From: Callorhinchus milii
Taxonomy: Eukaryota
Assembly: GCF_018977255.1 (NCBI RefSeq)
Contig: NW_024704742.1
Span: 130,822,001-130,886,000 of the forward strand
Direction of reading: 5' to 3'
DNA length: 64,000 bases
The notes beneath the pieces are model-generated. The model was not told the origin of the DNA. It did not search any database and was given only the letters and a program-made list of their open reading frames with translations. The position numbers were made by a program, and so were the translations under genes. Positions 1 through 13,995 of the stretch are shown here, in pieces. Within the stretch, counting starts at the first letter, position 1; every line of letters begins with the position of its first letter.

Positions 1-885
1 CCGGGTTCTCCTACAAATATACTCACTCCACTTTGCAGTATATCCCGTTGTGTAAAGACTCTTTTACCAAATGTAAGGATCATCATTACAGTATGTATGT
101 TTTGTTCAAATGCCAGTCATCATCAAAAGGTATGACCGAGGACAGCGACACCTGGTGGCACAGATTAGCATATAGTAGACGACCATTCAGCCCGTTAGTT
201 ACTGTTCAGTGTTTTGGACCTTCAACAAGCCATTCACCCTTATCCCATTTTCCCACTGTATTTGCTATAACTTTTAACGCCTTTGCTCTGCATGCGCTTA
301 TAGAATTTTCTTTTTATTGCCCCAAGCGACCCTGCTCTAACAGCTATGCCTGGCAAATCATTCCATACTCTGAAAAACCTTTGGGAGAAATTCTTCTGAG
401 CCTCTCCTTTTACTCTCCCAGTGACAATCTGTGTAACAAGAGAAAATTTATAATAATTATTGGAACCATCCTATACTAGTACTTTCTGGCAGAGGGCTGT
501 AAAGATATTCAAAGCTTTAAGACAATTTACATACTCAGCAGCAGATACTTCTCAGTTGAAGAAACAGATGCTGTTTTTCCTGGTGTCTTGGCGACAATCC
601 CCAAAATAATATTGTTCATTCACTTCATGGCTGTTTGTGGACATTGATGTTCATTTGTCCACAAATATAGTGACTACACTTTTCAGTAACTTCCTGTGAC
701 GTGTTTTGAGATGCCCTCCCACCGTGAAAGGAGCTATACCAAATTATTATCATCACTTGCCGCTTGCTAAAATAGCAATACTTCATTACGTTTTAACAAC
801 GGGATATTCACCTGGAGGTGTCCACCATTGTTGAAGATACACAGCCTTTTCTACTTTATTCATCAGCTCAGGTAAATTAGGAACT

Positions 886-1071
886 TCAACAATAATAAAT
901 TGGTCATTTTCAATCCATCACTGTTTGTGGACACTGCTGTGCCCAATTGGCTGCCGCGTTCGCCCACAAATATACAGTCAATTCACTTTACAGTATATTC
1001 TGTGAAGCGCTTTGGGACGTCTAGAACACGTGAAAAGCGCTATATCAAATGCAAGGATTATTATTATTATT
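886..1071 (+). mobile_element. 5'-truncated copy of the same SINE
   Basis: Central domain and tail match the other copies; ends GCAAGGATTATTATTATT. Confidence 0.85.
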
Positions 1072-1764
1072 AATGTGTGCATATCAGCATTGCTTCATGT
1101 GGCACGTAACACTAATGACCACTTGGCTACTCGTATAACTGAATATACTTCTGAAACTGTTGCTTATTTTTTCTCCTCATTGGTGTTTCACCTAAAAACT
1201 TTTAACAAGACTAGGTTTAATAATAATAATGCTTGAACTAACATAGTCTCTTTCGCATTGAGAGGCTGTATGAAAGTGCTTGTGGGATTTTCAAACATGA
1301 AATTTGATTTATTTTACCTAGTTTATGTGTGTATGTTATTTCAAATTTATACTCTTAAATGAAATTATAATAGTTTAAAAAATTGTTTACTGTGCCTGCA
1401 GGTGACATTCCAGGTATGTAAATACATAGTTCCCATGGCTACTGATAAACAATGAGTAAAGACACAATGTCAGGTAATTCAAAATGCCCCGAATATTAAT
1501 CACAACTTCAATTTTATTCACTTTGAGCTCTGCATAGATGTGCACATAGTGCCTGCATAGGAAGTAATCATCAACTAAAAGTCTCATGTAAACATAACAG
1601 CTAGTGTATGAGCTTTTAGCCCCGACTTCTGAGACAGTCAGTTTAACTGTATTAAGTGACATTGCTGTGTTTCGGTAAATATACTCACGTGCCTGGAACT
1701 CACAATCATGGATGAGTAAGAATTTTCTTTTGAACAATATTTGGAAGTCTTCCATTCTTGGAAG

Positions 1765-1800
1765 TGGAAGTGATAAAACATATGGAAGTGATAAAACATA
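1765..1800. repeat. 18-bp perfect tandem duplication
   Basis: TGGAAGTGATAAAACATA x2. Confidence 0.85.
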
Positions 1801-4726
1801 TGGCTTAATTGTTCAATGTGTGTCTCGTATGCATCATGTGTAAAATGTGTGTATAGAGGGAGTTAGTTATCAATTATATAATTGAGAGTCTCTAATGAAA
1901 AAGACTAATTAATTACATTCATTGTAATTACACAGAACCTTTAATTCCTCTCTGTAATTATCTGAGTGCCTCCAAGCACATCAAGAACAAGGCCAGGTTG
2001 TCAACTAAGAAAATCACTTTGGACATTGACCATTCAAGATATTTGACAATAATATTACCAAGATGTTCAGCTGCATGTTCAGCACATGACTTCCACTCCA
2101 TATCCCCTCCCCCAATTCATACATCACTTACTTTCCTCCTGACAGTTTAGAACACCTTCATGTCATTCCTGTCAAATTTCCATCATTGAAGCTTCACAGC
2201 TGTTTCCTTTTTGAAAATACCCTTGCATTGTTTTATCATTGCAGCAACAGAAAAAAGAATATCACCAGAATAGCTGCCTTGTAGGGTTGTCTTTATATTT
2301 TGAATGGGAGCAATCTGGTATTTTGTAACAAAGTTTCACCTAACCACACAAGAGAATGTATACTTCGAGTGGGTATTTAGTTCCCATTAAAACATGGCAA
2401 AAAAGTGCTCTGAGGGACACTTCTGTGGAATGGAAGGGGAAGTCACAAGATTGTCTTGCCCTTCTTGTTTTCTAGGTTGGAAATGTGGCCTATCACTATT
2501 CAAAATAATTCTACGATCCTGCAAGCTGAGTGGACTACACCTTTAACACACACAAATTTGGTAGATAGTTGAAAATAACAGAAGCTATTACATGTTATAC
2601 AGAAGGCAACAGTGACTAACTTGAGCTGTAAACCTGTTACAATCTGTTATCTATGCAAATAAAAATGTTCATTTTAAAAGTACTAACTAGAATTAGTCAG
2701 ATATAAGGACAAAAAGGGTGAATGAAGATGTGAAATGCTTTGGAGTGTCAATTTGTATTTACATAACAAAACCTTCATGAATTAGTATGTGCAGTCAATC
2801 ACAATTGAGATAGTTGTTAACAGAATTTTTTTTGTAAACAGGGTAGTTATTTAACCCTTGCCAGGTGTGCAAACCTATATACAGACCTCAACAAAATGTT
2901 TCCAGATGGCAAAAATCTGCATTTGGCTTTGCAATGCAAGTCTTTGTATTTGTACAAATAATAAAATATCCCATCTGTCTGACACTCTATTAAGCATACA
3001 GAAAACAGATGGAAGATCAATGAAGGATATGAAAGAATAATATTTACAGAACTGCTGATGACTGGCCTTCTATGACAATATGCAATTATAAACAAATATT
3101 AATTATAAACTCAAAATTACACATTTAATATTTAAAAATGCAATTTCATCTACATGCCATTAAAATGCTATTCTGTATTACACATCATTCACTTAAGCCT
3201 AGCAGAATTAATTTGGCTGTATCAGTAGTTTCTGTTGCGTCAAATTAATTGCCATATAAATGCAACTTTTGTGCCAAGACCCTCCAACTAACAAAGTCTC
3301 CATTTTCTGTTTTGTTTAAGAGGAAATGAAGCAGCTGCTAAAAGTAGTGTTGATGAAACTCAAAACCACTGACTACATATGCCAACTCAAGAGATACCGG
3401 AGGGTGTTCTGATAAAACTCACACCACTTCTTATCAAACAATTAGACTACCACCAGAGTGTTGATTTTAGAAGATTTATCCTGATTTTATAGGTTTGGGT
3501 TCGTACCTGGACACACAGCATATATTATTATTAGTATTATTATTACTAGAAAATGGATATTTATAAATTCTGCCAATTCTGGGATCATACTGGTATTATT
3601 CTAACAGCTGGTGGTGCGATGAAGGATTCTGTTTGAATATGACAAAGTATAACTATTGGTAGTCAGAAAATAATAAAACTGGTGTGTAATCCTGGCCAGA
3701 AATACTGTAAACAAACTAAGAAAGCAACTGAAGTACCCATTCAAGTTTGAGGTTACTAAGGCTGAAAAATAATTTACATTTAGATTGAGCAAACATAACA
3801 ATTGGTCTTTGATCCACTTTACAGAGCTGCTTGCATTGCTTTGTATGCTTATCAGCACTATTATTGATTTAAATAAATTATTTATTATTTATTGATTCTA
3901 AAATATGTATCCGAGGAGTATCACATTTTTAGAGATAACAATAAGTTAATAGAAACCATTTAGCTTTAACTTTTTTGAATATCTACCCTGACATCTTTCC
4001 TAATGAGTTAATGAAGGGAAGCAGAGGAAAATCTACAATCTTGTCTGACTAGGGTCAACGGTTATTTATTAGCCACCGATAGTTAAAATATTTCAGAGGA
4101 AAAATAGTACTCAGTTAGATTCTATTCCGGGACTGAAGATCCCATTAACCTACAATTTCATGGTTTATTCAATAGATTACTAAACAATAGTATTAATATG
4201 AACATATTAGGAGCTTCTGTCCTTTACATGCTTAAAGACTTTGTGTTGTCATATCAGGTAGATTAGGTAATTTTTTNATGAAAAGGATAGCACCTGCATT
4301 GTCAGTCTAGGGGGATGGCCGAGCGAAAAAGAAGGTTTTCAGGCTCAGCAAGAATGGGCCATTTACACCAGATACTTTGGTTGTTTTACAGCTTCTTGTG
4401 TAAACCTTCTCCTCGTCACAGCATTATCCTGGTGTTAAGACTGGAATAAAGTTCAATGCACGAGCTGTGAGTTTAATCTTTTACAACGCTACAATTCCAG
4501 TGTAAAACCTCTTCCAGCTAAATTCTGGATCAGCTTGTGTTGACTGGAAAGCAAGCCTTTGCATTGTGGCATACAAATACATCTGGTTTTGTTGTGTAAT
4601 GCAGGCAGTTCTGTGTTCTTCACCTGACCTCTGTGAATGTAATTTAAACAGAGGAGCTCGTCTTATATTGGTGGTAACCAGAGGAAGTTATGAGATTGGT
4701 AGTAACCAGTCTAAAAATGGGTCTGA

Positions 4727-4954
4727 TCATTTTTTTGTAATGTTTCCACTTTGGGTTGTACTCCTGCCAGTGACTTGGCCAGTCTGACTTTTATGAGTGG
4801 TGACTGGCTGCACAGGAGCCTTTTTCTTTGGGATCTGAAGCTTGTTTTTGTTTTTAAATGCTCGGCCAGGGTCCAGTTTGTTAACAAAAGTCTCGCCTTC
4901 CTCCACGGCAACGTTTGTGTTGAAGGTAAGGGGTTTGTACATATTGAACCATTG
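4727..4954 (-). CDS. TPGS2: TPGS2 (tubulin polyglutamylase complex subunit 2) exon 7, last coding exon
   Basis: Acceptor ttccctttatag|CAA TGG; encodes QWFNMYKPLTFNTNVAVEEGETFVNKLDPGRAFKNKNKLQIPKKKAPVQP...GNITKK*, recognisable as the TPGS2 C-terminus; 228 nt, phase 0. Confidence 0.96.
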   Translation of the reverse strand, partial: QWFNMYKPLTFNTNVAVEEGETFVNKLDPGRAFKNKNKLQIPKKKAPVQPVTTHKSQTGQVTGRSTTQSGNITKK

Positions 4955-5873
4955 CTATAAAGGGAAAAAATAATGTTACGTTACAGAATAAAATGTTGTT
5001 TGCAAAAAATATCATCACAAGTTCACAAGATCGGTTTGGATGAAGAAGGCCCGGCAGTTCATCCAATTTTATCCTTACAGAATACCCACCCTAGCGTCTT
5101 CCCATCACAGGGGCAAGCTATTTTTCATCGATCCAGGATCTAGGCCTCAACCATCCTTCCTAGTAACATGTTCCTGTCTGGATAAAGACAATCTTCCTGG
5201 TATCTGTCCTGAAAATGTTCTTTGCAAATCTAAGCTCATGTCCTCTTAGTCTAATGTCTTGGTGCATCCTAAAGTATTGTTCTGAGCAATGAGTCAGCTA
5301 ACACCCCAAGAGCTTCAGCTTCCTGCTTCGCAAGTTCTTCCCATCCATGGACTACATGCAATTCCTATTCTTACCTCCTATATATGATTATCTATATTGA
5401 GCTTCATTTACTTAATATAATTACATCCAGTTATCAGACCATGGAAAAAATAATTTAAGTATGAATTAAATCAAGTTACAATAAAATTTCAGAAATAATC
5501 TGAACCAAATTCTGTTCTGTAATAACTTTGAGCACTTTTGATATGGGCCAAAGGCTCATGTTGATGAACCAGTATGAATCTTTACATAAAACAAATTATT
5601 TGCATATTTTCCATTAATTCTAAGCCTTTTGTGGTAATAAAATGCATTTTTAAATTAGATGTGCTATAAATTTTCCAGGGGGTTAGCACTGCATGAAGAG
5701 ATGCCTTAATCAAGCTGATGAAAGTGTAAAGTCTTATTCCAGCTTCTAATTTAACTCAAATAAAAACATCACACTTTATTAAAAAAATGACTTTGATAAA
5801 CAAAAGTTCAGCATCACTCCTCTTATTCAAAAAGTAAACTATCCCGTTATACAGAAAGATTATTCCCTCTTAC

Positions 5874-6037
5874 CTTAGCTTGGGGACTGATGCCATGTTT
5901 TGTAAATGTATACTGCCACTGTGGTAGTCCAAGGTGAATGACCATCAGCCGATAGTAGGCCGTGAATGTGCTGGTTATAAAATGCCAGTAAAGTGCTCTG
6001 TCCAAGAACCAAATTTCAGCATGTACACTTGCAGCGC
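5874..6037 (-). CDS. TPGS2: TPGS2 exon 6
   Basis: ttttccccacag|...AEIWFLDRALYWHFITSTFTAYYRLMVIHLGLPQWQYTFTKHGISPQAK|gtaaga; 164 nt, phase 1 to 0. Confidence 0.97.
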
Positions 6038-7462
6038 CTGTGGGGAAAATGTATATAAATAGGATTACAGGGCTACAAAGAATGAAAATTATGAATATAA
6101 TAATAAATAATAATCCTTGTATTTGATATACTGTCTCATGATGTTGTTGAGATGACTCAAAGTGCTTCACAAACTTTTACTGTGAAGTGTAACAACTGCA
6201 TTGTAGGTGAACATGGCAGCCAATTTGCACACAGCTATAAAATGAGTGACCCATTTTATTTGGGGGTGGGGGGGGAATGATTTGTGGGCCAGGACACTGG
6301 GAGCCATGATTCTTTAGCGTACATACAAACAGGCAATCGGAATCTTGGTTTAACATCTTATCTAAATTCAATTTACAGTATATTCTGTGAAGCGCTTTTG
6401 AGACATTTCAACTGATAAGGCGCTATATCAAAAGCAAGGATTATTCTTATTATTTAAACTCCAACAATGCTGCACTGTTTCACAGTGTCAGCCTAGATTG
6501 AGTCCAAAGGCCAGATGTGGGCTTGAACCCACAATCTTCTGACTCAGAAGGAAGATTGCTATCAACTGAGCCACGCTGATGCTTGATTCAGTTCGTAGCA
6601 TATAGAACTATAGATATTGAAAAATATATACACATAGGTCTACAAGGATTGAAAGTGTGAACATAATGCGACTAGGTGGGCAGAATAAATAAACAATGAG
6701 TGACTTCAAAAATATGAAGAAGGGCTTCAAAGATATAATCACATCTCATTTTATTCACTCACAGAATAAATGTTGCTGTTGTAATTTATATTAGATCATA
6801 AAATATCCTATGTTGTTACTCAATGCTTTTGCACTGATTTTGATTAATCCATGAATAAAAGACAGGAAGCAGTTTTGAAACACTAATTTAGAGTTGAAAA
6901 AAACTCACCTTACATCAAAGTGCATATTCTGCGCTCCAGGGGCAGAAAAATATTTGTGGAAATTATTAAAAAATGGACATTATAATATTTGATTTATAAT
7001 TTGGAGTTATCTAAATTATTTTCATGACCCGAGGAGAAATTTCACTTGGTGATAATAAATTTTCTAGGAAGTTTTATTGACAATTATTCTATTTCAGGAG
7101 TTCTTTGAAGCAATCAGCTTTATCTTGATCCATATTTTATGATCTGATATAAATTACAACAGCAACATTTATTCTGTGAGTGAATAAAATGAGATGTGAT
7201 TATATCTTTGAAGCCCTTCTTCATATTTTTGAAGTCACTCATTGTTTATTTATTTAGTTATACAGGGTCAGTATTGAGAGGAAAGATAATAGCCCAAGTT
7301 ATACAGAATGACCCCATTATAATGGGGTCGTTTGGGTCCATTAACTTAAGATGCTACGTTATAACAAGGTGTATTGTCAAAATGGCCATGGCGACTGACG
7401 TCAGCGGTGTCAGATGCTGGGCTGACCAAAAATAACACGGTGAGAGGCGGGGGGGGGGGGGA

Positions 7463-7972
7463 ACAACAACAACAAAATTACATTTGTTTAGTGCCTTTCA
7501 CATTGGGAGGACGTCCCAAGGTGCTGGACAATCAGTGTTTTGGACCCAAGCTGGGGGTTAGGATCAGGAAGGATGGAGGGCAGGGGGGATGGAGGGTGAC
7601 CAAAGGCACGGTCGAAGAGAAGAGTCTTGAGACGGGTCTCGAAGGAGGCAAAGGAGAAGTCGAAGCGAAGGGACTGCAGGATGGAGTTCCAGAGATTGGG
7701 GCAGAGTGGCAGAAGGCATGCTCACCAATGGTGGGGCAGGCGAGGTGGGGACGTGAAGCAGGCTGGAGTGCACTGAGCAGAGGGACTGGGCAGATGGCAT
7801 GGATGTGGGGTAGAAATGACGAGGGTCAAACAAGACACCAAGTTTCTGGACTGGCTTTGTAACGTGGAATGTGCATCCTTGGATGGTGATTCTGTCAGTG
7901 CCTAAGATATGGAGGCGCTGACGGGAGCCAATCAGGAGAACCTCGGTCTTGTTGACGTTCAACTGTAGAAAC
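7463..7972 (-). mobile_element. L2 3' fragment with a large internal deletion
   Basis: LNVNKTEVLLIGSRQRL...VQKLGVLFD joined directly to the 3' end; (TTG)n tail. Confidence 0.88.
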
Positions 7973-8127
7973 CTAATTTATCTTTGACAAATTAGGTTGA
8001 GCTCTCTCAAAGGACAATTGTAGATATTCTCTTCAATTGTTTCATTCCTGATCTAAAGATCAATATGCAGTTACAGCCATTTTAAATTTCAAAACTATTA
8101 GTTTTTTTAAAAAAAAGAAAACGTTAC

Positions 8128-8241
8128 CTGATTTGACATTTTTATAAATTAGGCAGACTTTGCCATTCCCATTGCAAGAATCCAGCTCAAATATTCGACT
8201 ATCTGAGCCAAAACGTGGCTTCTCTGAAGCACCTTCAGTTC
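8128..8241 (-). CDS. TPGS2: TPGS2 exon 5
   Basis: ttttgttttaaaag|(G)TEGASEKPRFGSDSRIFELDSCNGNGKVCLIYKNVKS|gtaacg; 114 nt, phase 1/1. Confidence 0.96.
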
Positions 8242-8795
8242 CTTTTAAAACAAAATGATTAAAAGTTTTTTTAAATACAATCTTTCGTATTATACTACAA
8301 TACCAATCCTATGTCATAAATGTCATCAGTAGAAACCTTGCATGTATGGATGAGGAAAGGAGACAAATAAAGCCCTCCCCCAGATGTGACTTTGATTAGG
8401 GCTGTCTTGGTGCTACGTCCAGGGTGGAAACCAGATTGGAGGGACTCATATAGAAAGCAGTGGGAAAGGAAGTAATGGAGCTGGAAGGCAACAACACATT
8501 CTAACACTTTGGAGAGGAATGGCAGGTTGGAGATAGGTGATAACTAGAGAGGTTGATGTCTTTGGCGAGTAGGGGTTGAGAAGGAGCAATTGAATGCAGC
8601 ATAGTTAGTCATTTTCTACTAATTCACCAAAGTGGAAATAGATTAGTTGGTGCCAATTGATAGCATTAAATAACCGATGGTTTACTTAAAAAATGGAAAA
8701 TGAAATTTTATACTGTAGGTAATAGCATTAACTCTAATGAAAATATTGCAACTAAAAGTTCAAACTTTAATCCTTATTTTATGGACATTACAGAC

Positions 8796-8927
8796 CTTCA
8801 TCATCTGTATCATCTTCTATATCAGCCAGCGTGGGTGCATTGGGTAGAGAGTAAACAGATGCTGCACCTAACCGAGTGAGTTTGGATATACTGTTTATCA
8901 CCATTGATCCCAACTCCATGACACTGC
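8796..8927 (-). CDS. TPGS2: TPGS2 exon 4
   Basis: ctttctcctag|(G)SVMELGSMVINSISKLTRLGAASVYSLPNAPTLADIEDDTDDE|gtctgt; 132 nt, phase 1/1. Confidence 0.95.
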
Positions 8928-10670
8928 CTAGGAGAAAGAGAGAAATACTGTATTAAAATAAACAAATAATACTAGATAGATTTTTGGTAAAGAATTAGCT
9001 GAGGCATCCAAAAAGCATCACAATGTATTCTATGGAATTATAAAAATTATAGTAGAAGAGATAATTTGGTCTACAGAGCTGTGCTAGCTTCTCCATTGGG
9101 AATTGGGGTAATAATAATCCTTACATATCAATTTCCATATCAACAACTTGAGCACGAAATTCATTTGGAGCAACACCCTAACTAAAATCCTATTCTGATT
9201 AACCTGGAGCTGAACACTATTTGGGGCGTCCTCCCGATGTAAAAGGTGCTATATAAATACAATTTGTTATTGTTAAATATCTGTCACAGGGGATGTAAAT
9301 TTGCCAATTTCTGTGACAGTCATCTTCTCAGCCAGGACACGATTGGCTGTGGACAAAACAAAAATTGCAAATCCGGTTAGATATTGACAAATGTAACCAT
9401 GGAATCTGGTGCAGAGATGCTATATTTTCAACTATTTGAACAGTGCGATCCTGGATAAATTCCCTGGCTCACCAGCTTGCATTCCCGCATTTGCTAATTT
9501 CAATTATCCACTGGAAGTTGGACAAAGGGCCACCCTGTACTCTTCTCCCTATGAAAGTAACCAAATGGTTGTTGACATAAGGGACATAGAAAAGGTTACA
9601 ACAGGACAAAAAGGCCATTCGGCCCAACCTAGCTGCTCTTTGATTGATCACAAACTATCTTTCTATGGTATTCATTTATAGCATTTGTTCTTTCTCCAAA
9701 AGAAAATATCATCTCTTGAACCTATTTTGTGCTACTTGTTTAAATGGCCTTCTTTGGTTATTAATCCATACATCTTTGTATGCTGTGGGTCTCGCTGAAC
9801 TCCCTATTTACTCAGAATTTCCTAATGTTTGAAACCTCCAGCAGTGTAAGCAATTTGTTTGGATCAACATCATTAATCCTCTTCATAATTATGAAAACTT
9901 CCATTAGTTTACCTTGACTTGCTCAAATAATTGGTCCTTAATAATGATAACTGTTTGATCTTTTGACTTTGAAGTATTTTAGTCACTAACTAAACAGCCT
10001 CAAAATAGCTTCAGCTCCACACAGACATGATAGTCATTTGATCACTTAAATTTTAAATATTGTAATCCCAAATAAACAACTTCAAGATCACTCTCATATT
10101 GCAAGAAAATTCCGCAGCTTTCAGTAAGCTAATTGGTCGACTTGGTAGCTTCAGCTTTTGAAGTTAAAAGTTCAACTGGTTCACTCCTTGTAGTAAATTT
10201 ATGCAATACTTTTAACTAATCAATAATGCAAAGACCTCATAATTTGACACACAAGTTTAAATAGAGTGCTGCTTATCCATTCTTTCAGTCGGGATCAATG
10301 CACAACATCAATGTCACTGCTTGTACGCTGTGCATGCACACTATGTGTAGGAAGTGCCGCTGATATCACTTCGTTGGAAAGTAACATTAGCACTGTTTCC
10401 TGTGCATTTTCAGCAAGCAGTAAGTGACATCAACGCGAAGATATTTTAATCATATTTTAACATGCAAGAAATAATCTGGTTTGTGTGCCAAAGTGAAACA
10501 GGGAATTTACCTTATAAACTTACCTTATAAACAAGCCTGCCTAATAAGGGGGTACCTTATAACAGGAGTAGCCCAGCAGTTCATTATTATTTATACTGTC
10601 AAAGCCTTGCATTATCTTAAACACCATTATAGCATTCTTAACTTTCTCTTCTGCAACAGTAAGAATTTTA

Positions 10671-10982
10671 TAATAATCCTTGCATTTGATATAGCGCTTT
10701 TCACGTCGGGAGGACGTCCCAAAGCGCTTCACAGAACACACTGTAAAGTGAATTGACTGTATATTTGTGGGCGAACGCGGCAGCCAATTGCGCACAACAA
10801 TGTCCCACAAACAGTCGTAGATTGAAAATGACCAATTTATTATTGTTTTTGGTTTTGGAGGGATTATTATTAGGCGTGTGGAGTAAGGAAACTTGCCCAA
10901 GGTTTCGCCCTCTGCCTGGAATTGAACTCAGGTCTCTCGCTTGCAAAGCGAGTGCTCTAACCACTGAGCTACAGGACTCCAC
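10671..10982 (-). mobile_element. Young tRNA-Ala-headed Deu-type SINE inserted in a degraded CR1
   Basis: A/B boxes, anticodon arm CTCGC-TTTGCAA-GCGAG, L2-like tail and (TTA)n; TSD AATTTTA at 10664-10670 and 10983-10989. Confidence 0.92.
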
Positions 10983-11514
10983 AATTTTAACCTCTGCAGT
11001 TCTCCTCATAGCTATAACCATTCCTCTCATATTATCCTTGTGAATCTACACTGTATATTTTCTACATAGCTCAAGTATCCTTTCGATAAGGTGGTGCCCC
11101 AAACTGTACATATTTACATACAAATACATTAAAAATCCAAGAAGAATCTGTCGCCTGCCTTTTTCCCTCTTCTCCACCCAAAAAGCTGCAGGTTCTAATC
11201 TCATTCTGAAATGAGCGAGCTGATATCAACCAGGGAGGTGATAAAGGGGCTACAATTACCCTAGGGTTAGCCAGACTTAACCAACATCTTATAAAGATTC
11301 ATCACCTCTTCCTTACTCTTGAATTTAATATAAATCCCCAAATCCTGTTTGCCCTTTTATAGGCTTTCTCTACCTGTAATCTCACTTTAATAATCTATAT
11401 TCTCAGGCTTTTTTGTGATAAAACCGTAAAACATTACACAAATACATTTTTGACAAGATAAATAGAGTAGGCACTAGACTCACTACATATACAGCATAAA
11501 CTAGTTCACTTTAC

Positions 11515-11602
11515 CATCAAACCTAATGCTCCAGGTCATCAGAAAGCCATCTGACATCAGATAAAAATTTCTCAGGTCTTCTGGGATTATGCAACAATTC
11601 TT
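11515..11602 (-). CDS. TPGS2: TPGS2 exon 3
   Basis: gtgattgcag|KNCCIIPEDLRNFYLMSDGFLMTWSIRFD|gtaaag; 88 nt, phase 0 to 1. Confidence 0.96.
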
Positions 11603-11882
11603 CTGCAATCACAAACATATTTACAATGACTCTGATGCAGACATCAACACAGATTATGGTGGACCTTAACTGTTAACCAAATTATTGCACAAGATCATAG
11701 GTTGTGTGAAGAGGCCTTTTGGCCCATTTAACTTCATCCTTCTCAATATAAATCAAGTGGTTTCTTAAATGAAGTCTGTATTAAAGAATAATAACATAAC
11801 AACATAAGAAATACTGGATGAAAAAAGACCAAGGTCCATCTAGTTGGCCTTCCACTTTCCTGGCAGTCACATGCATATATAC

Positions 11883-12204
11883 TAATAATCCTTGCATTTG
11901 ATATTACGCTTTTCATGTCTTCTAGATGTCTCAAAGCACTTCACAGAATATACTTGTGGGCGAAATGCGGCAGCTAATTTGGCACAGTAGTGTCCCACAA
12001 ACAGTCGTGAATTTTTTTTTTTTTAAAAAGGATTATTATCCCCGGAAAAGTGACTTGCCAATGGACTAACAACCAGCTTCGTACTTACTGCTACATAAAC
12101 AGAGGCGTGTGGAGTAAGGAAACTTGCCCAACATTTTGCCCTGCCGGGAATAGACCCCAGGTCTCGCAAGGTGAGTACTCTAACCACTGAACTACAGGAC
12201 TCCA
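11883..12204 (-). mobile_element. SINE copy (long variant)
   Basis: Same head and tail; retains the extra internal segment after GTTTCCTTACTCCACACGCC. Confidence 0.85.
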
Positions 12205-13561
12205 TATGTCCCAAACTACTATATCCCATAAGTATTTGCTGTGTTGATAATAGATCAGATCTTTTAAATTAAAAGCAAAAACCTTATGCTTGGTGCCAGC
12301 TAACTCATATTCCAACATATACTATATTTTGTGTGTACAGTGTGACTGACCTAGATCCAACCCTGTAAAATAATTAGTAATGATATTTACATTATATTAT
12401 ATTTACCATTCCATAATGGTATCAGGAATAACAGAGAACAAGTTTTGCCAACAAAACTACAGTGGGAATATTCTAAAACTCAATAGAAAAAGACTATATA
12501 TTCTAAACAAAATGTTTGAAGTGTATTGACGGCAAGTACAGTCTTGGGGGAAACAGATGACTATATAAACTGCTTGCCATCATCCAAATTCCTGAAGGCT
12601 TGCAACATTCATCATTTATTCCCTACATCAAAAACTCCTTTATTTTCCAATTGATAGATACAGAAATACATTAGGCTGGACTTAAATTGACTTATGTTAC
12701 AAAAATACTTTATTTCTTTGGACCTAAAATAAAACCATTTGGAGTTGAGTGTACTGAATGTCAAACTAACTTTTAAGATAGTGTGACAAATATATAAATG
12801 TAGTGCAGTGCATTCCCAAATGACAAAGAATGAAGAATTGATTCTATGTTAACAGTTCATTTTCACAGAATTCAAAGGCAAAATATATTGAGTGCTAACT
12901 ACAATCTGATAGCTATATGCATCGGGGACCATCTTAGATTTACAATCGCCTCACAGCAAAAAACATATACTGAAGCCTAACTTATTGCGATAGTTGGAGC
13001 ACTAAAAAGTCAGTTCTTATAATAGTATCATCAAGTGTTATATATTGTAGTTAACATTAACAATTCCTGTCCCACCAATAGAAATGATTAATTGTTGAGA
13101 TAAACATCAATTCTATTCTGATCCTTTTGAGAAATGTTAAAATACATGGGACCAGCCCTTGGAAGCAATACTTTGTTTTGTTTATTTTAATTTAAAACTA
13201 CGGAATGGATCACATTAATCACCAAGCTGCATACATTGAACGAGTCTTCATTTATCTCTCAGTTGCCAGATATGAAAGAAGTATTTTCCAATTTTTCATT
13301 TATACATGAAAACCAACAACTACAATCTTTGATGGTACCTTTGTATTCCTCATTTGATTGATGATAAAAGGATGAAGAGCTGGGTGGAATACTGTGGGGT
13401 TTGAACCTTTAATACTGCTCTTTGGAATGTGTGACAAGCCTCTTCAGCCTTTTATTGCAGTTTGTTTCAAACAGGCTATTTTAAGATTTAAAAATATATA
13501 TATATACATACAGCTCCGCAGACAAAATTCAAAACTCCGTCAGCTGGATACACACGCATAC

Positions 13562-13995
13562 AAAACCCCATCACACCGGTCCTTACCAGGCTCCACTAGC
13601 TCACAATTACTGAACGGATTGATTTCAAGACCCTCTCACTCGTTTTCACATCTCTTCATGGCCTTGCACCTCCCTACCTATCCGATTTGCTTATCCCCCA
13701 CTCCACCACCCTCTGCCTGCGCACGGCTGGCTTCAGCCTCCTGTTCATCCTTCATCCCCTCTGCTCCACCATCGGTGCCTTCAGTCATTACGCCCCAAAA
13801 TTCTGGAACTCTCTCTCCCTCAATCCCTCCGCCTTGACCCCTCCCTCCCCATTCTCAAATGCCACCTAAAGACCTTTCTTTTTGATTGCATTTACGGTCA
13901 CCTGCCCCCTCCTTCTCCCCCTGGCTTGGTGTCAGACCAAGCGCTCTGGGACGCTACCCTGCCCAAAGGGCGCTATATAAATGTAAGTTGCTATT
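13562..13995 (+). mobile_element. L2 3' fragment (older)
   Basis: Degenerate LHWLP-region coding sequence, AFSHYAPKFWNSL, L2 tail. Confidence 0.8.

Noticed and set aside
33..479. 148-aa ORF at the window start
   Set aside because: TTG start, no recognisable protein; the 3' part resembles degraded antisense CR1 sequence
4277..4277. Single ambiguous base n
   Set aside because: Assembly artefact next to a T run
6905..6950. Strong minus-strand donor (AAG|GTGAGT) in TPGS2 intron 5 suggesting a micro-exon
   Set aside because: Exons 5 and 6 already join in frame and match the known protein; no convincing acceptor
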